38,116 nt of DNA from a virus, in the IMG/VR virus record IMGVR_UViG_3300014960_000001, positions 1 through 38,116 of that record. The stretch is one strand, 5' to 3'. Position numbers and translations under genes: made by a program. The notes beneath the pieces are model-generated. The model was not told the DNA's origin. It ran no database searches and saw only the letters and a list, made by a program, of their open reading frames with translations. Below, piece after piece: positions 1-8,648 of this stretch (the stretch's first letter is position 1; each line of letters starts with the position of its first letter).

Positions 1-99
1 CAGGAACGACGACGGATCTGCATAGAGAGCCGCCAGTTTGTCGCGGTAAGGCTGACCCATGGCCGCGTATTTGTCGGCCGCTGCGGTGTAGGCATCGGC
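1..99. repeat. Terminal direct repeat, copy 1 (identical to 38018..38116); circular-assembly overlap
   Basis: A base-by-base comparison of 1..99 with 38018..38116 shows a perfect match that ends exactly at the window end. Confidence 0.95.
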
Positions 100-1581
100 C
101 TGCTTGTTGGCTGCGTAGGCACCAACGCCAGACGACAGCAGCGTGCCGAGCAGAGAGCCAAGGCCGCTGTTGGCGGATGATGTGCCGCTGACGCCACCAA
201 TCAGCTTGTCCAGCCAGTCAATGCCGGTCTTTCCCGTCCCTGCAGCCGCCGTACCACCGCCAAGTGCTGCCATGGCCGCCTTCAGGGTAGAACCGGGATT
301 CTTCGCTAGGTAGTCGAGCACGGCATTCGGCGTCAGGCTGCCGGTATAGGCTGAGCTGAGCAAGGGATCAACGGCCGTGCTGCCTGACAGCGCATCGAGC
401 CAGGTGCCACCAGATCCAAGTTGGTTATACGCCTGCATGGCCTGCATGGCCTGCTCCTGCGTCATGGCACCACTGGCGACCTGATCTGCAAGGTAGTTGC
501 CGATGTCGCCAGTGCTCATCGATCCCATGTTGCCGATGGAATTCGACAGCGTGTCGCTGGCGCCGCTCAATAGGTCTTCAAACATGCCACTACCTCCTGT
601 TGTTCCTGCAGCTGCACCAGACGCAGCGGCCAATTGCGATCCGGTAAGCGCTGACGAGCCGTCGATGGCTGAGCCTATGGACGACAGCAGGCCGTAATCA
701 GCGGTTGGGGTCAGTCCGGTTGCTAAGGCTGCTTGCTCAAGGCCAGATGCAACGGGAATCGATTCTGCTGCAGCAGCACCACCAAATAATTCAGGGGCAA
801 GCGCATAGCCGCCATATGCCAGAGCAGCAAGCGTCAGAAGATCGCCAAGTCCGCCACTGAAAAGGCCGCCTTCACCGTCATCTTCTGCGGCAGGGGAAGT
901 CCCATATTGGTATTTGCTTGCATCAGCAGCAATCGAACTAGGATTGATTATTTGTTGAAGTGCTGTATTAAGCGACGGGGTAGTGCTGGCAATATTTGAC
1001 CAATAAAGATTAGGCGAGAACGTGCCTGCCTGCGCTGTGTTGTCGCCATTGGTTGCGCGGTAGTCGATGTTTCCGACAAGCTGGATTCGTTTTGCAAGAG
1101 GAAGCGAAGCGAGGTAATCAGCAATCGGGTCGCCCTTGTGGGCGGCTAACCATTGATCTGTGACGCGAGGATCGGCAGCTCCATAGGCTTCAGTCAAGTC
1201 ACGATCAGCAGACATCAATTGGACAACATTCTGCCAATTGCCGTTTGCGTCCTGTTGCTGCACATAACCGTTATAAGTCCGCAGGCCGGTAGCAAACGGG
1301 TTAGTCGCGGCGTATGGGTTGTAATCCCAAGCGTCAGGGGCAATATTCTGCGAAGCAGTGTTATAGCCAAATTCAGACGACGCAGATGGGTTGATGCCCT
1401 GCCATGTACTCCAATAGTCGCCACCAGAAGATGGAGTCCAACTTGCCAGCGTACTCGAAGTCAGTTGAGGCTTCGGTGGCGTCGTGTAGACCTCAAAACT
1501 TCCAGTATTCGCGTTATATGGTGTGCCATATTCGTCATATCCGACTTGGACAGGATTCCCCTGCGCATCGTAATAGGTCAT
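1..1581 (-). CDS. N-terminal part of a junction-spanning Gly/Ala/Ser-rich internal virion (ejection-type) protein; continues at 37655..38116; 647 aa in the closed circle
   Basis: I checked every plus-strand triplet starting at 1,4,7... up to 1581 and found no tta/cta/tca. The ATG is at 1581-1579 and an in-frame stop lies upstream at 1590-1588. The ORF is missing from the track because it runs off the edge. It is in frame with 37655..38077 through the 99-nt overlap. Confidence 0.8.
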   Translation of the reverse strand, partial: MTYYDAQGNPVQVGYDEYGTPYNANTGSFEVYTTPPKPQLTSSTLASWTPSSGGDYWSTWQGINPSASSEFGYNTASQNIAPDAWDYNPYAATNPFATGLRTYNGYVQQQDANGNWQNVVQLMSADRDLTEAYGAADPRVTDQWLAAHKGDPIADYLASLPLAKRIQLVGNIDYRATNGDNTAQAGTFSPNLYWSNIASTTPSLNTALQQIINPSSIAADASKYQYGTSPAAEDDGEGGLFSGGLGDLLTLAALAYGGYALAPELFGGAAAAESIPVASGLEQAALATGLTPTADYGLLSSIGSAIDGSSALTGSQLAAASGAAAGTTGGSGMFEDLLSGASDTLSNSIGNMGSMSTGDIGNYLADQVASGAMTQEQAMQAMQAYNQLGSGGTWLDALSGSTAVDPLLSSAYTGSLTPNAVLDYLAKNPGSTLKAAMAALGGGTAAAGTGKTGIDWLDKLIGGVSGTSSANSGLGSLLGTLLSSGVGAYAANKQADAYTAAADKYAAMGQPYRDKLAALYADPSSFL

Positions 1582-1597
1582 CTTAATTCACCGATTT

Positions 1598-1987
1598 TCA
1601 AATCTCATACGATCCGCACAACAGGAACGTATTCCCGCTGGCGACCTGGGTCGGCAGATAGCACCTCGAGGTCGACACATCGATGTGGCAATTGCCGACC
1701 GCTATATTGGTGGTGTCGTTGCTCATGATGCAGATGCCGGCCAGACCCTTTGCGGTCACCGGAAGGGTCAGATAGTCTGTGCCGGCCACCGATGCGATTG
1801 ACGTGGCCGCCTTGAACGACACCTGGAACTGCAGCGACTTGCCGATGATCCGGTAACGCCCCGAGTAGGTCGTGCCACCAACCACGGTGAGCGATCCGAA
1901 TACCGGCGTGAAGGCGTTCCACTTGTCCTGGCTGAGCAGATCACGCCAGGCGAAGCCGGACTGGTCGATGTTGTCAGGAAGTTCCAA
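1598..1987 (-). CDS. Small virion-module protein (129 aa), function unknown
   Basis: ORF-track entry with a TTG start preceded by GGAAGGGAAGG. It is tightly packed between virion genes. Confidence 0.6.
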   Translation of the reverse strand: MELPDNIDQSGFAWRDLLSQDKWNAFTPVFGSLTVVGGTTYSGRYRIIGKSLQFQVSFKAATSIASVAGTDYLTLPVTAKGLAGICIMSNDTTNIAVGNCHIDVSTSRCYLPTQVASGNTFLLCGSYEI

Positions 1988-3485
1988 CGGTGGCCTTCCC
2001 TTCCAGCGCCCTGATCCGCATCGGCGTATCGTCCGAATGATTCAGTACCCAGGCACGGCGGCGGCTTGAGCCAAGACGCTGCGCCCGCGGCATGTTGGTC
2101 GACATGTCCAGATTGCCCCACACGGTATAGGTCTGGTAGTCGTCATCGCTATAGGAAAGCTCGATGTTCGAAGTCGTCGACTGTTTGTCGCCAATGATCC
2201 GCAGCTCTTCCCATGTCTTGCGATTGGATGTTCCAAGGTCCATGGAATCCAACTGCATCAGCGCGGTGAACGTCGTGCCGGCATCCTTGAATGACAGCGC
2301 AGACGGATTCATGGAATAGACGATGCCGGTGGTCAGGCTGTTGGAAATGCAGTAATTCACCATCGTTCCGCCCTTGGACACGCCGACACACTTGTACCAG
2401 GGAGCCGTCGAGCTTGACCATTCGTGCCACATCTTGTCCTCGACACAAAACACCATGGCGGTGGTCAGTGCCTTGACGATGACGAACGAACGGCCGTAGA
2501 AGCGGATGGTGGTCAGCGTGATATTCGATGCGCCCGCAAGGATCAGGATGGCATCGATTTCAGGTGTGGAAATGCGCCCGATGCCGCCGTCGTACTGGAA
2601 TATCGACAGGCCGCCTTGAGGCGACGAACCGCACCAGAACGTGGTGTCTGCGATCTGCGCAATAGCATCGGCCGAGACTGCGCCGACACGCTGCGTCATC
2701 GATGGAACCTTGGAGAATGGGAATGGCGTCAGGCCGGCGTTCTGGAAGAATTCGACAGACTCTGTGCCGAACGCCATGATCAGGTTTCTGTGCCGGACAC
2801 ACCCGACGCCAAGGTCGGGATAGGAATTGGCCGAGCCGAAGCTGGTGGCCGTCCAGCTGGTGACGCTGTTCAGGTCTGAAGCCCACAGCGTCCCGGTGGT
2901 GTCCATGATGACGGCGTAACCGTCCATGTGGGCGAACGTGCCGGCAAGCGTCCTGCCTGCATTGCCGGGGAAGTCGGCGTCGGCAATTTTCGTTACCGTC
3001 CCTGTCGGAACGTCGTAATACCAGGCCGTGTTATCGGTGCTGGTGATGGTAAGCGTCGGCGTGGATGAAACGAACGTCTCGCTGATGCCGGTGGCTTTGC
3101 CGGTGATCGTGCCGAGCGACGTGGTGGTGTTGTAGATGGTGGAATTGGTGGCACCAAAGGCCGATATAACGCTGTCGCCTGTGCTGTAGCCTGTCCATAT
3201 CAGGATGGCATTGCCGATGGCCGCTGAGCCGGATGTGATGCTGGCAGAGAAACCCGGACGCTTGACCATATAGACGGAAGACTGGCCGGTCACGGCATCC
3301 ACCACCGTCTCGGAAAAGCAATTGATGAACCGTTGATCCTTTGCCGATGCGTCGGTGGTTTTCCCAACCACCATGACGCCAACGATGCCCATGCCGACAT
3401 AGCCTGATGCGGCATTGAGGATGTTGGTGGCTGCGACGCGGTTGTTGATCGAACCGGCGACAGGAATGCGGAACGGCTGGCTCAT
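1974..3485 (-). CDS. Virion structural protein, putative tail tube/nozzle (503 aa from the ATG at 3485)
   Basis: Long ORF in the late operon. The ATG at 3485 overlaps the upstream stop as TAATG. The functional call rests only on size and position downstream of the adaptor-like gene. Confidence 0.55.
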   Translation of the reverse strand: MSQPFRIPVAGSINNRVAATNILNAASGYVGMGIVGVMVVGKTTDASAKDQRFINCFSETVVDAVTGQSSVYMVKRPGFSASITSGSAAIGNAILIWTGYSTGDSVISAFGATNSTIYNTTTSLGTITGKATGISETFVSSTPTLTITSTDNTAWYYDVPTGTVTKIADADFPGNAGRTLAGTFAHMDGYAVIMDTTGTLWASDLNSVTSWTATSFGSANSYPDLGVGCVRHRNLIMAFGTESVEFFQNAGLTPFPFSKVPSMTQRVGAVSADAIAQIADTTFWCGSSPQGGLSIFQYDGGIGRISTPEIDAILILAGASNITLTTIRFYGRSFVIVKALTTAMVFCVEDKMWHEWSSSTAPWYKCVGVSKGGTMVNYCISNSLTTGIVYSMNPSALSFKDAGTTFTALMQLDSMDLGTSNRKTWEELRIIGDKQSTTSNIELSYSDDDYQTYTVWGNLDMSTNMPRAQRLGSSRRRAWVLNHSDDTPMRIRALEGKATVGTS

Positions 3486-4204
3486 TACCAATAACCACCA
3501 ATGAAGATGTTTGACTTCTTCTTGTTGCCCATCACGGCAGCCGGGAAGTCCATCGCCATGCCTTCCTTGTCGAAGTTCTGGCGCTTGACTGACTTCAGCG
3601 ATGTGGCTGCCGTCTTGATCACCAGCGGCGACGGCTGCACGCCGTATTCGGGCGCAATCTCGACAGCCAGGTTGAACCGAAATGCCCGCAGATAGCCGGG
3701 CGGTGCCGTCAGCGATGTCGACAACGACGCAGGCTGTGCAAGCTCTTCAATCGAAATGAAGTGCCACTCAAGTGCCTTGGTCGGAATCGGGTAGAGGTAC
3801 ATGGTTATGTCGGGCATATCCATGTTGACGAACAGCATCTGCGGATAGATGTTGGTCAGGTTCTTCAGGGCGATGGAATCCCATTGCAGTTGGCTGATGA
3901 ACTTGATCGGGAACGACATCTCAATGGCGGCGTCCCGGTAGTAGGTGGATTCCTCAAGCGCCACCGGACGATTTCCGACAAAGTTCCCGGTCGGGCCTAG
4001 CGTGCGGCTTTGGGTATTCGCCGGCCAGGTGAATTGCTGGTCCTGCGTCGCATAGATGCAGAGGCGATCCGTGTTCCAGGCATCGATCATCTGATTCAAT
4101 GCCTCAAGGCCATCGGCCAGCATGGTGGCGCTGGGCGTCTCACCATCGGCAATGACGCCGAGCAACCGGAGCGATCCGGTTATCAGTTCCTGAGCGGTCG
4201 CCAT
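3485..4204 (-). CDS. Putative head-tail adaptor / tail tubular A-like protein (239 aa)
   Basis: The N-terminus ITGSLRLLGVIADGETPSATMLADGLEALNQMIDAWN resembles the N-terminal motif common in podovirus adaptor/tubular proteins. It lies after the capsid genes. Confidence 0.5.
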   Translation of the reverse strand: MATAQELITGSLRLLGVIADGETPSATMLADGLEALNQMIDAWNTDRLCIYATQDQQFTWPANTQSRTLGPTGNFVGNRPVALEESTYYRDAAIEMSFPIKFISQLQWDSIALKNLTNIYPQMLFVNMDMPDITMYLYPIPTKALEWHFISIEELAQPASLSTSLTAPPGYLRAFRFNLAVEIAPEYGVQPSPLVIKTAATSLKSVKRQNFDKEGMAMDFPAAVMGNKKKSNIFIGGYW

Positions 4205-4207
4205 GGC

Positions 4208-4366
4208 TTAGCCCTTCTTCGGCCGTCCCGGCTTTCTCGGTTCTTCCGCTTGATCGTCCTGGCCCTCTTCGGGCTGCACGACAGTCCAGCCATTCGCCAG
4301 GTACTTTTCCAGCCACTTTTCCTCGATGGATTGCGGCGGATATTTCGGGTGGGTTACGTTGATCAT
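4208..4366 (-). CDS. Small protein (52 aa) with an acidic/basic tail, unknown function
   Basis: I translated this by hand: MINVTHPKYPPQSIEEKWLEKYLANGWTVVQPEEGQDDQAEEPRKPGRPKKG. A GAGAGG RBS lies 5 nt upstream. It is too short for the ORF track. Confidence 0.5.
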   Translation of the reverse strand: MINVTHPKYPPQSIEEKWLEKYLANGWTVVQPEEGQDDQAEEPRKPGRPKKG

Positions 4367-4391
4367 GTGCGCCTCTCGACCATTCGTTTTG

Positions 4392-4424
4392 AAAATGCCC
4401 CCGCCACCCGAAGGCAGCGAGGGC
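4392..4424 (-). terminator. Stem-loop with TTCG loop followed by AUUUUCAAAA; attenuator/terminator after the capsid gene block
   Basis: The minus strand reads GCCCTCGCTGCC-TTCG-GGTGGCGGGGGC, a 12-bp stem including G-U pairs, followed by ATTTTCAAAA. Confidence 0.45.
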
Positions 4425-4446
4425 GTTACGATTACGACGTGGCCGA

Positions 4447-4947
4447 TTACGACGTGGCAGCAGGCGTGGCGACGGTGCCGGAACCGATGAGGATGCCCTC
4501 AATGGCCCAAACGGTCGAAGACAGCGCCTTGAGTTTGTAGCGCGAGCCGATGATGCCCCCGGTCGTGGTGCCGTTGGACGAAATCGCCCGATGGGTCGAA
4601 CCATCAAACGAGAAGCCACCAACCGTCGCCGTAGCGATCGTGGCGATTTCCACGGCGCCGAGGATGAACACGCTGGCCGAGTTGGTGATGACCTTCGCCG
4701 CGTTGCTGGTGATGGTCGTGGTAGTCACAAACTCGAATTCCATGCCGGCAACAGGCGTCGGCAGGGTATAGACGACACCCGAGGCGACGTCGAACAGGCA
4801 GGTCGCGCCGGATTCTTTCGCCAGCAGGGTGCGCGTCGAAACGGCGTCAGAAATGATCTGATTCGCCTTGGCGCGATGGATGGACAGGTTCGGGCCGCTG
4901 TAGGACAGCTGCTCGTAGTTCTGCATCGTGTTGGAAGAGAAAGCCAT
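4447..4947 (-). CDS. Putative capsid decoration/cement protein (166 aa)
   Basis: It lies immediately downstream of the coat gene with a GAAGGAA RBS. It is Thr/Ala/Gly-rich and looks beta-rich. The call is positional only. Confidence 0.4.
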   Translation of the reverse strand: MAFSSNTMQNYEQLSYSGPNLSIHRAKANQIISDAVSTRTLLAKESGATCLFDVASGVVYTLPTPVAGMEFEFVTTTTITSNAAKVITNSASVFILGAVEIATIATATVGGFSFDGSTHRAISSNGTTTGGIIGSRYKLKALSSTVWAIEGILIGSGTVATPAATS

Positions 4948-5012
4948 GATTTGATTCCTTCTGTAAAGAGTTCGGCCCTAGCGGTAGCGTCGGGCCGTGA
5001 TGCTAACTACGA

Positions 5013-6239
5013 TCAGGCCGAGGCCGAGCCGATGAGACGGCAGGCCCACTCAGGACGCAGCGCGGCAAATCCGTAGAGGATGTCGATACGCATCAAGAGT
5101 TCGTCGTTTCGGATGTCGCTGGCTTGCCAGACACGCAGCGACAGACCATCCTGGGTGCGACGCACGCACTTGTTGGCGTCGTCCATCAGCGGCAGGTCGG
5201 CCGTGACGAACTGGAACGCTTCCTTGTGGTACATCAGCGGGTGGATGTAGCTGGTCGAGGCGTTACCAACGAACGCCGGCACGTTGCCGGTGCTGTCGAA
5301 GAACGTCGTCGCCAGCTGCGCACCGGCAGCCGAACAGATGTTCTGGTTCGGGCCGGTCAGGTAGGTCGGCGGGCTGATGGTCTGCGTGGTGGTGGAAGGC
5401 GTGACAATGGTGAACTGCTGCAGCACGCCGGTCGAAGCCTTGGTTTCCGGATGACAGGCATAGACACCGGGGATGGTGAAGACAGCGCCAGTGGCCGGTG
5501 CGGCCGACAGCGAAGCCATCGTCATGTTGGTGCCGCCGTCCGTCACCGCAGCCGAAGCGGCCAGGGTACAGGTCACGTCCGAACCGTTCGTGAGAGTCCA
5601 CATGCGGTCGTTCTCGTACCAGTCCGCCATGGCGGTGCGGCCGATCATGCCCTCGCGGTACTGTTCCTTGATCTGCGTGGAATCCTGGAACAGACCCTTG
5701 AGGCCGTTGACCAGAGCCGACATGGTGTTCGAGTCAGCCTGAATGCAGCGGTTACCGTCTTTCGGCGCGAGGCCGCGGTTCAGGTAGGCGCGGGCGTTAC
5801 CGACAGCCGCCAGGTCGTTGATGGCCGAACCGGCGGTGCCGGCGCAGTTGTACGTCGCCTTGGTGGCATAGGCCAGGAAGTCCGACTCGATACCGGACAC
5901 CAGAACTTTGACGGCCGGCTCGATGTAGCGCTTGCTGATCTCGTCGATAGACAGGGCGAGTTCAGCCGAGTTGAAGCGCATGTCGACGTGGTCCTGCGTC
6001 GCCAGCGTGATCGTGCCGGTGGCTTCGGTCTGGTCCTGAACGTCCATGACACGCGAGCCGGTGGTGCGGGTGTACTTGTTCGGCTTGCGGACGCGCAGGG
6101 CGGTGCCGATCTTGGCGCCGGTATTGGCGAAGCTGTCGTCGTATTGACGATCAACCGTGCCGATGAATTGACACTGTTCATGGGCGACACGGAGCGCTTC
6201 GCGCGTCACCATGTCAATGGTTACAAGGCTGTTGGCCAT
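5013..6239 (-). CDS. Major capsid protein, P22 gp5-like coat family
   Basis: The N-terminus MANSLVTIDMVTREALRVAHEQCQFIGTVDRQYDDSF is characteristic of the P22-coat family. The 408-aa ORF directly follows the scaffold gene. Confidence 0.8.
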   Translation of the reverse strand: MANSLVTIDMVTREALRVAHEQCQFIGTVDRQYDDSFANTGAKIGTALRVRKPNKYTRTTGSRVMDVQDQTEATGTITLATQDHVDMRFNSAELALSIDEISKRYIEPAVKVLVSGIESDFLAYATKATYNCAGTAGSAINDLAAVGNARAYLNRGLAPKDGNRCIQADSNTMSALVNGLKGLFQDSTQIKEQYREGMIGRTAMADWYENDRMWTLTNGSDVTCTLAASAAVTDGGTNMTMASLSAAPATGAVFTIPGVYACHPETKASTGVLQQFTIVTPSTTTQTISPPTYLTGPNQNICSAAGAQLATTFFDSTGNVPAFVGNASTSYIHPLMYHKEAFQFVTADLPLMDDANKCVRRTQDGLSLRVWQASDIRNDELLMRIDILYGFAALRPEWACRLIGSASA

Positions 6240-6314
6240 GATTTATTTCCTTTCAGCGCCTCTCGGCGTTAGAAAAATGGGATCCCGGCGCCTCACGGCG
6301 TTAGGGATGTTTGT

Positions 6315-7088
6315 TTAGCGTCGCTGAGCTATCTGGCGTCTACGCCATGCCGCAAACTCGGCATCGGTCATTTCGGACGGGTCTTTCGATCCGCCTTTAT
6401 TCCCGCCGATTGGCTTGATAGGTTCAGGAGCCTTTGATACTTGCGGAGCACTGGAAACCTTGGCTTCCAGCTTTCCAATAGCCGCCGCCTGCCTGATCGG
6501 GTTCATCTGAGCGATCTTCGCTACCTCGTCCGGATTGGTGGAGAGGTAGTGCATCAACTTCTCAGGCACATCGCTATCAACGATTGCCGCCGCGATTGCG
6601 GGTGTGAGTGGCAATTCGTCGAATGCTTCGCGGTCAAAGCCGGGAATCTCTGATGCTTTCGCATAGATGGTTTCCGTCTTCGAAGCCGTCGCCTGTGCCT
6701 GGCGCTGTTGCTGCTGCTGCTTGAATGACTGTTCCCGCTGGGCAATCTTCCAGTCGGCCATGGCCTCGACATAGTCGTCATCGTTCGCATATTGGGAACG
6801 GGTTGGACGGCCATCTGTCGGCTGTGCTTGTGGTTGCTGCTGCTGCGGGACCAGGCGTTCAAGAGTTTCCCGATACGCCTTCAATGCCCTTCGGTCGGCA
6901 ATGGCGGCTGCCTTTGCCTTTTCTTTCTGAACGATGGCATCCAGCTCTGCTTGAGTGAATGTTTTCTGCTCAGCCTCCTGCGGTACGTCTTCCGATTCAG
7001 GAGTCTCTATCGGAAGAGTCGCTACGGGGTCCGGCGTAGCTTCCGGCACTGCATCAGGCGTAATGACGCCTGTCGTTTCTTCAGACAT
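6315..7088 (-). CDS. Scaffolding protein
   Basis: A 257-aa acidic, Gln/Ala/Glu-rich, predicted helical protein immediately upstream of the coat gene. Confidence 0.7.
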   Translation of the reverse strand: MSEETTGVITPDAVPEATPDPVATLPIETPESEDVPQEAEQKTFTQAELDAIVQKEKAKAAAIADRRALKAYRETLERLVPQQQQPQAQPTDGRPTRSQYANDDDYVEAMADWKIAQREQSFKQQQQQRQAQATASKTETIYAKASEIPGFDREAFDELPLTPAIAAAIVDSDVPEKLMHYLSTNPDEVAKIAQMNPIRQAAAIGKLEAKVSSAPQVSKAPEPIKPIGGNKGGSKDPSEMTDAEFAAWRRRQIAQRR

Positions 7089-7162
7089 GGTTACTTCCTT
7101 TCGGACGCCTCACGGCGCTGCGAAGACCCGGATATCCTCCGGTGGGGTGCTGCGGGTATTAC

Positions 7163-7705
7163 TTAGTTCGGCGCGACTTCGAAGGACACGTCGAACGCAA
7201 TATTTCCAACCGACGCCACGGCGCCCTGAACAACGCGGATGCCATAGCCAGCCGGAAGGACGATTGATTCGCTGGCAGAGGTGCGGGCAACCATTTCGTT
7301 AAGGCTGCCTTGGTAGGCTTGGCCGGTTTCCTCAGTGAATACTTCAGCCATCGCAAGAACGGCGCCGGCCGTAGCGCCACCAGAAGGCGTCAGACGAGCC
7401 GTGATGCCGGACGGGATTGCCGACGCACTCGGCGTCATGGGAGTAATCGTGCAGGCCGTAGGATCGGTCCCGCTGTACGTTGCCGCCGTGCCGCCAGTAC
7501 CGACTGCGGTCGTATAAGTGAGGAACAGATCGACACCCAGCACGCCGACCACAGCGACGGCACCCGACACAATCGGCAAGACGGAATTGATCCGCACTTT
7601 GCACGCGCTAGTCGACGAGTTGAACAGGTCAAAATAGACGAGGTTCGCGTTGACTGCCTGCTTGGGGACGAACAGTTTGTATGCTTGCGCTCCGGGTTGT
7701 GCCAT
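7163..7705 (-). CDS. Virion-module protein (180 aa), unknown function
   Basis: ATG with a GAGGGA RBS. Ala/Gly/Thr/Val-rich, beta-type composition. Confidence 0.55.
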   Translation of the reverse strand: MAQPGAQAYKLFVPKQAVNANLVYFDLFNSSTSACKVRINSVLPIVSGAVAVVGVLGVDLFLTYTTAVGTGGTAATYSGTDPTACTITPMTPSASAIPSGITARLTPSGGATAGAVLAMAEVFTEETGQAYQGSLNEMVARTSASESIVLPAGYGIRVVQGAVASVGNIAFDVSFEVAPN

Positions 7706-7715
7706 GTTTATTCCC

Positions 7716-8645
7716 TCAAATATGAGCAGCCACCATCATCATGATGTAGGCCACATCGAGTTCCTCAATCTGCTGTGCCGCCGCCTCTGCTTCAAGCTGC
7801 GCGCTGATCAGCAGTTGCTGCAATTGCCTGGCTTGCTGGTTTGCCTTCCTGGCTGCCTTGGCTTCCAGTTGCTGCTGGTAGTGCTCGGCTGCTGCTTCAA
7901 GCTCGACAATGCTCTGCTTGAGCTGCTGAGCGATGCTGGCCGCGTCTGCAAGAACAGCATCGGTTGGATCGTCCTTGATCCGCTTGATGACCTTCTTGGC
8001 TTCCTTGCGAAGCTCAGCTTGACGCCGTGGTCGGTCGGGATAGTCGAACCAGCCGCCTGAGTAGGCTTCGGCAGCCGCACTTCCGATAATCGCTGCGGTG
8101 ATACCGGACGCTGCAGCATCGCCAGCCAAACAGCTTATGGTGACGTCGCTGGAGCCACTGGAGATAACTGCAGTGATGCCATTGGCCGCCGCGTCGCCAG
8201 AAGCAGTGAGCAGCGATAGATTCTCAAGCGCCGTGATACCGAGCGCACCCGCATCGCCGACAGCGCACGTAATCGTGACCGGCGTTCCACCGCCTGTCGT
8301 GATATTCGCCGTGATGCCATTTGCGGCGGCATCACCGACATTCGCAACAATGCTGGTCGGCTCAAGCGCGGTAACGCCAGCCGCGGCTGCATTCCCAACA
8401 CTCGTCTGCAGCGTGACGTTGGCAAGCGCTGTGACACCATTTGCCGCGGCCGTTCCCGCCGTCGTGATGATGGAACGGCTGACAAGTGCCGTGATGCCGT
8501 TTGCCGCAGCATTACCGACGCTGGTTTGCAGCGTCAGGTTTTCAAGAGCCGTTACCCCTGCAGCAGCGGCATTGCCGACTGTGCAGGTAATGGTGGTGCC
8601 ACTACCCGGCCGAAGGTTTAGCTGTTGCTGAAGAGGCAGCAGCAT
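7716..8645 (-). CDS. Repeat-containing virion-module protein: about 8 x 20-aa G(N/D)AAA(A/N)G(V/I)TA repeats plus a C-terminal coiled coil (309 aa)
   Basis: The translation shows about 8 tandem units of roughly 20 aa. The C-terminal half is a Gln/Ala/Glu heptad-like sequence. Confidence 0.65.
   Translation of the reverse strand: MLLPLQQQLNLRPGSGTTITCTVGNAAAAGVTALENLTLQTSVGNAAANGITALVSRSIITTAGTAAANGVTALANVTLQTSVGNAAAAGVTALEPTSIVANVGDAAANGITANITTGGGTPVTITCAVGDAGALGITALENLSLLTASGDAAANGITAVISSGSSDVTISCLAGDAAASGITAAIIGSAAAEAYSGGWFDYPDRPRRQAELRKEAKKVIKRIKDDPTDAVLADAASIAQQLKQSIVELEAAAEHYQQQLEAKAARKANQQARQLQQLLISAQLEAEAAAQQIEELDVAYIMMMVAAHI
8076..8600 (-). repeat. Imperfect tandem repeat of about 60 bp (about 8 units) inside CDS 7716..8645
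   Basis: The core gc(c/g)gt(g/a)a(t/c)(g/a)cc(a/g)tt(t/g)gc(c/g)gc recurs near 8097, 8171, 8231, 8308, 8368, 8428, 8488 and 8549. Confidence 0.8.
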
Positions 8646-8648
8646 GGC

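Noticed and set aside
1-99. The 99-nt terminal repeat as genuine phage direct terminal repeats
   Set aside because: The exact identity ends precisely at the contig ends, and a gene reads continuously through the junction. This favours an assembly overlap of a circular or circularly permuted genome. It cannot be fully excluded without reads.
3031-3501. A 156-aa same-strand alternative-frame ORF inside gene 1974..3485, and similar ones at 4140..4622, 5780..6190 and 6554..6862
   Set aside because: The translations are dominated by Arg/His/Gln/Pro/Ser. They serve here only as the background against which the MTase +1-frame ORF looks different.
5124-6272. A 382-aa plus-strand ORF antisense to the coat gene
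   Set aside because: It is an Arg/Gly/Val/Ala-rich, low-complexity translation lying exactly opposite a well-supported coat gene. This is a typical antisense shadow ORF of a GC-rich coding region.
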